Both the position numbers and the translations under genes were made by a program. From Lama glama (lineage: Eukaryota), in NCBI GenBank assembly GCA_028534125.1, contig CM052817.1:66838001-66902000 (forward strand): DNA of 64,000 nt, written 5' to 3'. Below, one piece after another: positions 24,987 through 36,779 of the stretch (positions are counted from its first letter, which is position 1; every line of letters begins with the position of its first letter). A model generated the notes under the pieces. That model ran no database searches, had not been told where the DNA came from, and saw nothing but the letters and a program-made list of their open reading frames with translations.

Positions 24987-26573
24987 TGTTATGGATTGAA
25001 TTGGGTTCCCTACCCCCATTTTTTGGTTGTTGCTTACAAGTCCCTTTTATTTAATAAGATTTTTTCTAGATTTATTGAAGTATAGTTAGCGTATAACATT
25101 GTGCAAGTTTAAAGTGTACAATATGATGATTTAATACATGTAAATGTTGTGAGGTGATTACCACAATAGGGTTAGTTAACATCTCTGTCACGTCACATAA
25201 TTACTTTGTGTGTGTGTGTGAGAGAGCATTTAAGATCTATTCTCTTAACAACTTTCAAGTATATGATACAACATCATTAACTATAGCCATCATACTGTAC
25301 ATTAGATCTCTATGCTGTACTTAACTTATAACTTGGCCAGTTGGGGGACACACAGGTGAGGCACCCCCAGTGGCTTGTGAGCTGACTTCCTGATGGAGCC
25401 TAGGATGTGTTAGTAGGATCTGAGTCCCTTTGATATGTTCAATTTGGAGCCCTGCCTGCTGTTCTCCTAGCTGCTCATTGCCCCCTAGTTAGTTGTGCAG
25501 CTCACCACAGTCCTCTGGATGGAGGGAGAGAGAGAAGGCCCCATTGGCAGGGCCCCACACAGCTGAAGAACTGGGCACTCACCCCATCACACGCTCTTAT
25601 TACCCACCAAGGAGAAATCACACATGAGAAGGCCATCCTGGTACTGAGCTGTGTTGCCTTGTGGCGAGGGGTGATGTGTAAAGTCAGTTTGTTCCTCTTA
25701 TTCTTTCCGGTGCATCCAGTCTCAGATTTATTGGCTCCAGTGATGTGCTGCAATTGCTCTGCTGGACTCTTGGACTTCCACAAAGGCTCTCTGGTCTGTG
25801 GGTGATTGTCTAAATCAGTGAGTTCATGGGGCTTTGGTTTATGGCTGAGGGAGGGCGGAGCTGGTTCACGGGTTCACAGCAAGACCAAGGTCTACATGTC
25901 TTTCACCTGACTCTGGGTGGGCAAGGCCCTTCCCAGATGTGGTGCTGGTGACATAACCAAAGCCAGATGAGGCCATAGCCACGTCCTCGGAAGTACGGGG
26001 CTGTTTCTGGGTGTATAGCCGGAGCCGTGGCAGGCAAGTCACCAGGGAGCAGGCCTGCCTTCTGAAAGCGACTCTCCTCGTTCTTGGACTGTTTCACAGT
26101 CTCCTACCTGCATCCTCCAGCTCCCACAAAGGGACTTTGCCCATGGATGGATGTCAGATTGTTGTTGTTGAGTGGGGATATGACGAGGGACTCTTGTTCC
26201 GCCATCCTCCTGATGTCACTCTTCCAAATTCAAATTGAAGTCCCCAGTACCTCAGCATTTGACTGTAAGTGGAGATGGAGTCTTTGAAGAGGTTAAATAA
26301 GCTGAAATGAGGTTGTTAGAGGGGACCTAAACCAAAATGTTTGGTGTTCTTAAACGAAGATGTGATTAGGATAAGACACACAGAGGGACCATCATGTGAA
26401 TTCAGGGGGTTACAGCCATGTGCAAATGTAGCAGCGAGACCTTATAAGAAATCAACCCTGCATGACACCTTGAACTCAGACATCCAGCCTCCAGAATTAT
26501 GAGAAAATATTTCTGTTGTTTAAACAACCAGTCTATGGTATTTTTGTTATGGCCTCCTGAGCAGATTAGTACA
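24987..26573 (+). mobile_element. MLT1A/B-type MaLR LTR split by an L1 insertion (pieces 24987-25018 and about 26225-26573)
   Basis: TGTTATGGATTGAATTGGGTTCCC start, resumes CAAATTCAAATTGAAGTCCCCAGTACCTCAG, ends CCAGCCTCCAGAATTATGAGAAAATATTTCTGTTGTTTAA...GCAGATTAGTACA. Confidence 0.85.
25019..26224 (-). mobile_element. Internally deleted L1: about 890 bp of 5'UTR joined to about 270 bp of L1MA9-like 3' end, no ORF1 or ORF2
   Basis: 5' terminus GAGTGACATCAGGAGGATGGCGGAA (YY1-like ATGGCG); 3' part GATCTAATGTACAGTATGATGGCTATAGTTAATGA...CTTCAATAAATCTAGAAAAAA; junction at 25331/25332. Confidence 0.8.
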
Positions 26574-27794
26574 ATGTTTGAAATGCTGAGGACAGAATAT
26601 TATATGGTTTCATTCCAGCAAAGTAGGAGACCAAATAGATTTCCAGAAAGGTTTGGATTGCCTGAGAATTGCTTTCGGCGATATCAAGGACAGACCAGGA
26701 TCTCTTTTTCCATGAGCTGAGCCTTCCTTAGGTTATATGTGGTCTTCCTCACAAGCACTGTTTTCCATGATAATTCCTTTGCAACAGAAATGACAAGCAC
26801 ACAGAAAGCTCACTTGCTAGGCAAGGTGATAGATTCTTTGAGGTTCTATTACAAGTCAAAAATCCAAATGAATCTGTCACTTTAGCTTAGACTGAAGAGT
26901 GGTTCCTTTGATTAAGGCAGAAACTTCTTTGTTATCACACTTAGGTATTCACTTCTGAGGAAGCAGAGCTGGCTTGTTAGTATTTAGAGGAAGATAATTA
27001 AAATAGAAAATAGCCAGAAAAACTTCCGTGGTTTTTAAAACAACAGAAGTAGATTTATTTACCATTATTTCAGGTATTCAAATAAATAAGAGCAATTTCA
27101 ACAAGAATTAAAAAAAACAGTCACAAATTATGAATATTGGGACCAAGTGATGTTTTTGAGGCTTCTGTTACAGTAGAATAGGGAGGAATGTCAAAATATG
27201 GTTAAAAATGTGGTTTACTTTAAAGGTATACATCTAGCAAATAACAGAAAAATGTAATAAAGCTATAGTATTTGCAACATATAGACAAAAAATATATAAA
27301 AGTACCATTCATAGTGGACTACAAGATGGTAGTCTGGTAATGGGACTGGAATTTGGAATTTTTTAATCAATATCTTCTGCTCTTACTTGTGGAGATGGGC
27401 TGGGTTGTTACACTGTAACTGGAGAGCAATAGAGAACTCATTCCTGACTCTACATTTCAAATTTCTCTCTCATAAATTCTAGAAGGTATAGCAGTGTTTT
27501 CAAATTTCTCATTCTGTGCCCTACTTAAGGACTTTCTCATCCTGCTTTTCAAAACTTGTATTTCCTTATCTTCCTCTTTACTACCTTCCTGTGCCAGTTT
27601 CTGTTGATACAGGTTCTTGCTATATAAAGCAGTGCACAGCTTACTGGAGTGACACACTCAGCCAGGTAGTTCTCATCAAAGGAAAATCAAGCTGAGAAGT
27701 ACATTGTCCTTTGAGAGAAGCAAAGCCAGTGGATACATTTGAGGGAAGCACTAGTGGACAAGTCAGTGGAGTTGTATCCATTTTTGATTCTAGT

Positions 27795-27975
27795 AATAGG
27801 CTTAGTGCTTTATATATTCATTAGAAAACCTTTCAAATATATGAATGTATTTAATCTCCATGATAAATCTTTGACCATATAGTTTCTTCATTTTGTCGAT
27901 GGGAGACTTAAAACAAAGGAGGTTAAGTGGTTTCTTAAGATCTCAAAGGCAGGTTCAGAGATAGGATTACTGGAC
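27795..27975 (-). mobile_element. MIR SINE
   Basis: TTTAATCTCCATGA...CATTTTGTCGATGGGAGACT...GAGGTTAAGTGGTTTCTTAAGATCTCA. Confidence 0.6.
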
Positions 27976-28999
27976 CTCTTAATTTTTCATTAGCTAGGGA
28001 TCATTTTGTATCCATTCTGCTTCTCAAGACCCTGAAAAATAGCCCTTGCTTCTTAGCATTCTCAGGGGATGCTTAAGCAAAACATAGTCAAAGATATTCC
28101 ACCAAGGAATGGCCCAATTGAAATTTATGTGAGATAAGATATTTTCCTAAAGCTGGAAGAAGTGGAAGAGTGAGAAAAGAAGTTGGAATGGTGGAGTGGG
28201 CTCAAGAACTTGAGGTTGGAGTCTGACTTATCTAGTGCTACAAAAATAAGGACAGATTTATCTGCACTAGAACCATGAAACAGGGACTCAGGACTTTACT
28301 GTGCTCATATGGTACCACTTACTTCCACATTATTTATTTATATCTAGCACATTTAAAGACTAATGGAAAAAAGCACAAATCTGTGACAATCTCATATGTT
28401 CCTTATATCTAGAAACCATAAAGCAGGTCTGCTGAAAGGACTGTCTTAGTCCCAAATAAATAGTTACTATTAGGGCTTAGGATCTTTGACACTCACAGAA
28501 TGGGAGAGTCGAGATTTCTGCCTCAATTACCTTTCTGGGGAAGAGGGTGTAAAAGAGGAAAAGACCTGCCATCAACTGTCAGGTCATTTAATCCTTCTCT
28601 GTTCCAGGAGTTGCAGGGAGATATCTGGTATATTGAGTGTACTTGACCCTGTGAAAAGGGCTAGGTTGCCACCATTGCCAGAACAACAGATTTTATGTCT
28701 TGGTATATATTGACATAACTTGTCCTTTTACAAACACAGTGTTGTTGATATATTGTGGTCTGAAATGTTGAGCCAACCAGTGTCTTTTGCAGTTGGCTTT
28801 TTATCTTGAAGGTGTGCATACTTTGTTTTTTGGAAACAGTAAAATCTAGAATATTTAAGATTACTTTTTTTCTGTATTTCTATAGAAAATAAGATCAGTC
28901 ACTGAAAATTAATGTTTTTCTCTGCAGTATATGACAGACTAAGAAAGCATAGTTTATAAATTACAGTGTCCTTATTTGTAGTTACTTTGAAGTAAATCT

Positions 29000-29315
29000 A
29001 CATGATTTGCACATGCTTACCCCTGGAATGCCCTGATCCAGTTTCTTTCCCTGTAAAATTTTCTATCCATCCTTTGGGAGGGTAACTCAAGTTCACCTCT
29101 CCAAGTAGCCTCCCTCACTTCTTCATGTAGGTAGTGTTAGAAACTTCCTAATTAACCTTAAGATTTTATACTTATATCTTATAACACAGATACACATTAT
29201 AGTCATGTGTGATTCTGTTTCCTTCCATCTGGATATGGGCACATGCATTATTCATCTTTGTGTCTCCAGAACTTAGCATAGTTCTTGACATTCAATAAAT
29301 AGCTGTTGGCTGAGG
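29000..29315 (+). mobile_element. L2 3' end
   Basis: TTTGCACATGCT..CCCCTGGAATGCCCT...TTATTCATCTTTGTGTCTCCAGAACTTAGCATAGTTCTTGACA..CAATAAATAGCTGTTG. Confidence 0.7.
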
Positions 29316-29639
29316 GTATCTGATTTTCCCATCCATTTTATGACCACTTTCGCTGCAAGAAATATCATTTATCTTGTGTTTTTCCCTATCATGCACATAA
29401 TAAGAATTCAAAAATATTAAGTGAGTAAAACAAAAATAATTTTAAATATTTTACACCAAAATTAAAAATTATTATTGCCCTTGGCTTTTGTGTTTAGCAC
29501 AGGATAGCACAGGAAAGCACAGATATTTGAACCATGTGATGGAACAGCCTTAAGAAAGAAGCTCTATTATGTTTTCTTAATTAATCTAGTATATCCTTAG
29601 ATTACAGTTGTTCTTCAACAACACCATTTTTTCTAAAGA

Positions 29640-30980
29640 AATCAAGGCCCTAAGCTCTAGAGATACTGTGCTAAATTAAAAAAAAAAGTTTTCTAGTTTC
29701 ACAGCACTCACACCCTATTAAAAATGTCATTAAATAATAAATACACAAATACACATGAAATTACAAATTATGATGAATTCTATAGAGAAAAATAATTATG
29801 TCTAGGTTGTAGAATACAGTGGAAGTTCTATTTGGGGAAGTAATATTTAAGCTGAAACCTGAAGGATGTATAGAGAGAAGAATGAAGGACACATCATTCT
29901 GTGCCCTGATAGCAGTGTAAGTGGAGACTGGGAAGTGGGGAAATGTTTGATGTGCTCAAGCAACTGAGAGCAAGTATCACTGGAACATAGTGTATGAATA
30001 GTACAGTTGTATAGAAGTAGGTTGGTAGAATAAGTGGTAGTAAGATTCCACAGGACCTTGTAGGTTATTTTCAGGGTTTACAATTTCTTTTATCTATTTT
30101 CTTATATATATCGAGGAACCACTGCAAAACTAAGCAGATTGCATGAGTTGCTTTAGAATTTAAAAGCATTTTCTAGTACAGCATGGTGACTGTAGTTAAT
30201 AATACTACATAGTATATTTGAAGGTTGCAAGTAGAGTAGATCTTAAAAGTTCCCATCATAAGTAAAAATTACAACTATATGTGGTGATGTATATTTACCA
30301 CACATATTGTGGTGATCATTTAGCAATATATACAAATGTGGAATCATTATGTTGTACACCTGAAACTCACATAATGTTTATGCAAATTATATCTCAGTTT
30401 TAAAAAACCACATGTTGGATGCTGAATGGAGAATAAATTTGAAGAGAACAAGTGTAGATCTGGGGAAATGAGTTGGAGAGTTTGTTCTAGTGGATCTAGT
30501 GGCTGTTATAGTGATAGTCATTTCATGGAAGAGTTATTTCAATGGAAGAGTTATTTCAATGGAAGTGGAGAGATGTACAGAGATGGGAGGTATTTTGAGG
30601 GAGGAGAATCATTAGAGTTTAGTGATGAATTAGATGGTGGTGAGAGGGAAAGGGAGGTTTCAAGAATGATTGTTTTCAGAATTTAATACCTGGGTGAATG
30701 GAAGTGTCAGGTACTAATACTTGGATGACTGTAGGAAGAGTCTACTTTTATGACAGACATGAAGATTTAAAACTCAAAGATCAGTTGTGTATATTATAAC
30801 TTAAAAATACCTCGGAAATAACCAGTGCAAAGACATAAACTATGCAGCTGATTATTATGTAAACTTAGAGCTCATAGAGGAAGTAGATATGGAATATACA
30901 TTTCAGAGTCAGTGATATATAGATGATATTTAATGTCATGGAAATGAATGAAAATAGTAATGAGTATAGAAATATAGGAA
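29640..30980 (-). mobile_element. L2 LINE interrupted by an L1 3' end
   Basis: ATATTTAAGCTGAAACCTGAAGGATG, GATGAATTAGATG..GAGAGGGAAAGGGAGGTTTCAAGAATGA, ATATAGATGATATTTAATGTCATGG. Confidence 0.75.
30176..30408 (+). mobile_element. L1 3' end (L1MA9-like), 5'-truncated
   Basis: GTACAGCATGGTGACTGTAGTTAATAATACT...GAGTAGATCTTAAAAGTTCCCATCA...ATCATTATGTTGTACACCTGAAACT...AATTATATCTCA. Confidence 0.85.
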
Positions 30981-30984
30981 TGAA

Positions 30985-31034
30985 TATATTCTATACTTTT
31001 GATTCTGTTTCTCTGGAGAATTCTGACTGATACA
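30985..31034 (+). mobile_element. MLT2 LTR 3'-terminal piece, inverted relative to the rest of the LTR
   Basis: TTCTGTTTCTCTGGAGAATTCTGACTGATACA, the MLT2 terminus, followed by GCTAT. Confidence 0.8.
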
Positions 31035-31269
31035 GCTATGATATCCATTATACTGCACAGCTCCCTACTATATACTCCATATTTTTGGCCTTCTTAGGAG
31101 TAAAATTTCTGAGCAATTTCATTTTCATTTAAAAATATATTTGATCTAAGGGAGAATACATTTCTTTTCTGATCATCTAATCTCTTCCTCATCAGTTTAG
31201 CTGGTGGCATTATGGCATTGCTTCATACTTTATTGATTCTGCAAATATTTGTTGAGCATTATATGGTAT

Positions 31270-31604
31270 GGTATTGACTCAAACAATTATGGAGACTGAG
31301 AAGTCCCACAACTTGCCTGCAAGCTGGAGACCCAAGAAAGCTGGTGGAGAAAATTGATGTGCCAACTTAAGTAGTTAGGCAGAACAAATTCAACCTTCTT
31401 CTGCTTTTTTGTTGTATTCAGGCTCTCAGCAGATTAGATGATGCCCACCTACATTTGGAGAGGGCCATCTTCTTTACTCAGTCCACCAGTTCATATGCTA
31501 ATCTCTTCTGGAAACATCCTCACAGACACACCCAAATAATACTTAACTACCTATCTGGGTATCCCATGGCCCAGGCAAGTTGACACGTAAAATTAACCAT
31601 TGCA
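31270..31604 (-). mobile_element. MLT2 (ERVL) LTR, 5' and middle portion
   Basis: Minus strand TGCAATGGTTAATTTTACGTGTCAACTTGCCTGGGCCATGGGATACCCAGATAG...GGTGTGTCTGTGAGGATGTTTCCAGAAGAGATTAGCAT...GGACTTCTCAGTCTCCATAATTG. Confidence 0.88.
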
Positions 31605-32769
31605 ATAGCAAAGGCTTCATTATGCTATTGAATTGAACTGTAATATGTTACTAGTAGAGAAAGATAGATACATGTTTGCGTCATTCATTGCATTCTATTT
31701 CAATGGTGGCTTAGAAACTATTTCCATACACCAACTTATTTTTATGGAATATGATACTATGTCAGTCTGGATTTATTTATATCCTAATGTAAATATAAGT
31801 CAAAATATATATTCTAGAAGTTTGTACTTTCTTCCCTTAATAGCAGCAATGATAAAAGGAAGTTGCTTTTATTGAAAGGAATTTTATTAGGAAGGAATAA
31901 AACATGGAGGTACATTTAGTTTTATAAGACTGTTTAGAAAAGAGGAGAATCAATCAATCAATCAATTAATCAGTCCTAAAAAAGTGAAAGTAAGGGACAT
32001 TTGCCTCCGAGGCTGAAAGGAAACTAAAATTGTTGAGTCCCTATTAAGCAAGGTACTGTGCTTGCACTGTATGCATTGTATACTCACTTTAACTAATGCT
32101 ATTGGTACATATTGGAGGTGCCAAGATAACTGTGCTTCAATTACAGTGAAATGTCTAGTAGGTAGGAATTTCTTTTCTAACAAGGAGTGTTGTCAAGAAG
32201 TAGAAGAGGCTAATTCTGGAAATGAAGGTAAATAAAACATTTTTCTGTGCATTAAATTCTATTCAAGTGAATGAATCCATATCACGGAGCTAGACCTCTC
32301 CTTTAACCTTCTGTTATTTGTTTCCCTTGTGATCCTGGTTTTGATATCTGTTTGTGTTTTGAAATATTTCTTCACTTTTCAACATGACATTTTCTTTTTT
32401 GACAATTGCAGTTTTAAATTTTAAAAATGTTATATTTTGTCTGATGATTTTCATGCCATAATTAAGAGATTGTATCTTTTGTGTTTTAGTCCATGAAGTA
32501 TGGCTTATTCTAGGTGCTCTGCTTCTTTGTCTTATTTCCAGCAACTGGGTTCCCTAAGGTCTGTTTTTATTTCCTTTTTCCAGTTCTAGGCTCTGTCTAT
32601 CTTTGCCTGTAAGGATAAACTGAAAGTGTTCTTTTCAGGGCTGCAAATCTGGACATCACACAGGGAGCACTGTTTTCTCTCCTGATGGCCAGCTGTGTGT
32701 CCTCGGAAGATGGCCAAAAATCAGTCTGCTCCATGTGTCCCTAGTGAGTGCGTTAGCACCCTCATAGTC

Positions 32770-33910
32770 TCGGGAATAATGAGGTTGATGCATAAAACCC
32801 TGTGCCTTTCTCTCCTTGATTGTAGCACCTGCTGGGCATCACATACCCCTCTGAACTCTGCCCACTGTCTTATCACAGTTGCTACTTCACTCAGGAGAAT
32901 TAGCAAGTGGTAGATGAGAAGGCAGAATTCAGGACACCATCTTCCCCAGAGAGGTGATCCATCTGACTATCTCAAAGACATCTCAAAATTTTATGTATTT
33001 TAAAAAAAGCTCCCTCCATTCTCCACTCCTCCTGACCCCCCCAAGTTGTTCTTTCTGTGAACATCCCTATCTCAGTAAGTGACACCACCACACATCTAGT
33101 ACCTGAAGCTAGATACTTAGAAATCATGCGTGTCTCTTTGCATCCCCTCATTTCCACTACCCTATTCAATATCTAGGCAAGTCCTGTTGGCCAAGTCACC
33201 AAAATATGTGGGTAAGTCTTATTTTCTTGTCATCTCTATTGCTTAAACTTCTTAGAAGGCATCTTTATTTTTCTCCTGGACTAATGCAGTAACCACTTAA
33301 TTGGACTTTGCTGCCAAAGCAGCAGGTACAGTGATTTTTTTTAAAAAAGTATGCAAACTAGATTACCTCTCTACTTTAAGTGGTTTCCTCATTGTATCTG
33401 GAATTAAACCAAATTTTCATACTTTTGCTCAGAATTTCCACTGTATTTTGCTTTTTTGCCCTATTCTCCAGTCTCACCCATTACCTATTCCCATTGGTTC
33501 TTTATGTTCTGTACTCTTACTTTCTCATCCTTGAACACATCATTAACTTTCCTTTTCCAGGCATTGTTCCTGTTGTCCTTCCTGCCTGTAGCACTCTTCT
33601 CCCAGCTCTTTGGGTACCTGACTCATTCTCACTGATAAGCGCTCAGCTAGTCATCTTCTTCAGTAGGTATTTCCTAACATCCCATTTAAAGATGACGCTC
33701 ATTGCAGTTATTTCTTTTCAGATTACTTGTTTATTTCCTTCAGCATTCCCAGCAAAATTTCTTCTTATTTTATTTGGGAGGTCTCTCTGCTCCACTTAAA
33801 TGCAAATGCCATGAGGGCCTTGGACATTTCAGTTTTGTTTATCCTTATATCTCCAGAGCTTAGAAGAATACAAATAGCCCATGATGACTTGCTTTGAATA
33901 AATGAATACA
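32770..33910 (+). mobile_element. L2 LINE 3' region
   Basis: CCCTATCTCAGTAAGTGACACCACCA, CTCCTGGACTAATGCAGTAACC, TTCCTGCCTGTAGCACTCTTCTCCCAG, AAATGCCATGAGGGC, GAATAAATGAAT tail. Confidence 0.75.
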
Positions 33911-34214
33911 TAAATACATGAATGAGGTAGTTCTGGGTAATTCAAGAATGAATGAGTGGCATTCTCATACGTGGTCTTGGCTATGTTATGCTTAATAAAA
34001 TACACCTTTAACCTCATACAGGCTACTGAGAGAGCACTATAAAGTTTCTCTTTAGATTCTCTCTATATTGCAAAACTAATTAATAACATATGGGTAATTT
34101 TGTACTATTCAAAATGTTTTATAGTATTAGTCATGTTTTTAGCAATTATAGACATCGCTGGGGATACTGAGTCCTCAAATAGGGAAAGTGCTTACTATTT
34201 AGTATTACAACATA

Positions 34215-34420
34215 GGTGTTGTGACAGAAGAATGGATGAGGAGCCAGGAGATGTGAATTCGAGTCACAGCTTTGCTAGTAAATTATCTGTGTAATCTTGT
34301 GCAAGTTATTTAATCTCTCTAAGCCTCAGATTTCTCATATGTAAAATGGGACTAATCTCATAGGATTGTGATGAAGATTATTTCAAATAATGCTTTCAAG
34401 CACCACAGAGCTATTGTTAT
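34215..34420 (+). mobile_element. MIR SINE
   Basis: GTGTAATCTTGTGCAAGTTATTTAATCTCTCTAAGCCTCAGATTTCTCATATGTAAAATGGG core. Confidence 0.85.
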
Positions 34421-34449
34421 ATTTTAATAGCTAATAATAAAATAATAAT

Positions 34450-34838
34450 TATCTTAATTAGCTTGGGCTGCTATAGCAAAATAGCATTGACTGAATGGCT
34501 TCAATACCAGGCATTTATTTTCTCACAGTTCTGGAGGCTGGAAACCTGAGCTTAGGGTACCAGCATGGTTGGTTTCTGGTGAAGTTCTGCTCCCTGGTTT
34601 ATAGGTGGCCACCATATGCCCACATGACCTCTTTGTGTTTTTGAGGAGAGGGAGAGTGAGTGAGCTCTCTGGTGTTCCTTCTTACAAGGACACTAATTCT
34701 ATTGGATCAGGGCCCCAATCTTTATGACTGCATTTAACTGTAATTATCTCCTTATAGACCCTGTCTTCAATTACAGTCATATTAGAGGTTAGAGCTTTAA
34801 CCTGTGAATTTGGGAGAGACACAATTCAATCTTTAGCA
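34450..34838 (-). mobile_element. MLT1A-type MaLR solo LTR
   Basis: TTGGGCTGCTATAGCAAAATA...ATTTATTTTCTCACAGTTCTGGAGGCTGGAAA...GGACACTAATTCTATTGGATCAGGGCCCC...GACACAATTCAATCTTTAGCA; flanks ataat/atact. Confidence 0.85.
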
Positions 34839-35239
34839 ATACTAATTGTAAGATATTCTAATTTCAGGTTCTCATTTGTGAATGTGTTTAGTTCTGTTAT
34901 TTTCTAGACTTTCCCTTTGAGTTGGTAATTACCTATTGATGCTTTCCAGAAAATAATGTTTTTCTTCTAATATTAGTTTTAGTATTTACATTAATGTACC
35001 ATAATTTATTGTTTGGCTTGGGAAGAATAATTCCCAAATTGGGAGAGACACACAGCTTATTTAGGGAGTTGCTGAGATGAATTTTTTTCCTGTGATATTT
35101 TAAAGTGTAGGTTTTATTAACTTGTTTCTATTTAGTATTAAGGCAGAGAATTTAAATGACTCATCAAATGGCTGATCTGTGGTATCAGTGTAAACACATA
35201 ACTTTATGGAATAGAAGCAGACTTTGAAGTCTTCATTGC

Positions 35240-35450
35240 ACAGCAGTGTACAGCAGTGTCAAGAGCACTGGACTCAACAGCTTTGATTTAAATCTAGACT
35301 CTGTTTGTAAATAGCTATGTAACATTGGGTGAATTACTTAAATCTCTCTGACATCAATAGTTTTATTAGCAAAGAAGAGATAAGAACACTCGTCACAGGG
35401 GATTGTGAGGATTAGATGGAAATGCGGATGCTGGGCTCATAAACTACTCA
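35240..35450 (+). mobile_element. MIR SINE
   Basis: TCAAGAGCACTGGACTC...TAGCTATGTAACATTGGGTGAATTACTTAAATCTCTCTG...GGATTGTGAGGATTAGATG. Confidence 0.7.
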
Positions 35451-36589
35451 CGGCATGCTGAGATACTCATTTTTCCTTCATTCCCAAGATCTGACCAACT
35501 TATGAGCATTATTTTAAATTATTGATATTATGCCCTAAATTGGTTATGAATGTGCTTTTGAAGAGGCAAAGGAAGGCTATGTTGGTGGGCTGGGGCACAA
35601 TGGGTAAAATGAAGATTGGGTACTGAAGGGCCAAGGTCTTCTGTCAAATTTTGTGACATGCAGACAGTAAGAATTTTAAAAACAGTTCTTTTAAAAAGTA
35701 TAATGCCTGCTATCTGTGTATGTGTGTCTGTGTGTGTGATGTGAATGATAGAGAAAAAGACAGAGACAGGTGACATCAGATCCATATTTTTCATTACAGC
35801 TTAAAAAATAACAAGCCTAATCATTTTAAAGTCACAATGGCTTTGTCACTTCTCCATTATGGCATATTTCTATAAAACAACAAGATAACAGGTATTCCTT
35901 GAAAAACTTTCTTATAGAAAAAAATTATTTAATTGATTACCAAGAAAGAAAAAGAGTAATAATAAATGTTCTGTACTTGATATATATTTTAGTTTTATAA
36001 CTGGAAAATCAGGACCTTGAAATGTATTAATAAAATATTAATTGAACAATAAAAAGACCACAAACGTTTTTTTAAAAAGTTAAAAATACTTATACTCTAA
36101 TGGACATTTAATTGTTAACTATAATATTTAGGGCATAAAATTAATCCAAAATATTTAATCTCAATATCTTTCCTATTGGTATTTAAAATCTCAATTTGTT
36201 TGAAAAGTTTTCTGAGAAAAATAAAAATAACCTGTCTTTATATTTACTCCTTTAGATGCATGAATAATTTCTGGAAAGGAGAAATATCCTATACCTTCTC
36301 AATTCCAGAAGTAATATTTTAAAACATCAAATTTAAGTCTTCTACATAATATGTCAGGACAATTGGTGCTGTTCCAGAAAATTAAACTTTACGGATTAAG
36401 TTAGATGAGTGATGTCAAAATTTAGTGACTTGTGCTAGAGGAAACTCCTAGACAGGATATTGGAGAATACCTAGTTATAAGTGCAATGTTAGTACAAATT
36501 TGTGGGTGACTACACAGCATGAAAGACACAACAAAGAAAAAGAACAGGATATATTACAAAGATCTTTCTAATATCAGAAATATCAATAT

Positions 36590-36720
36590 AGTGTATAGTT
36601 TGTACATACTGTATATATATAATACACTGTATATATGTACAGAGTATATATTGTGTATAGTATATACAGAGTAGCTTGTGTGTATATTTATGTATATCTA
36701 TATCTATCCACTTATCTATC
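36590..36720. repeat. TA-rich low-complexity tract
   Basis: Degenerate (TA)n/(TATC)n. Confidence 0.7.
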
Positions 36721-36779
36721 AAACTTTTTTTCCTGAGAACAACTATTAACTTTGGAAAAGACAAATTACAATAACAACT

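Noticed and set aside
33380..33799. 139-aa hydrophobic ORF resembling a membrane protein
   Set aside because: Pyrimidine-rich L2 sequence naturally translates to Leu/Phe/Ser; no gene structure.
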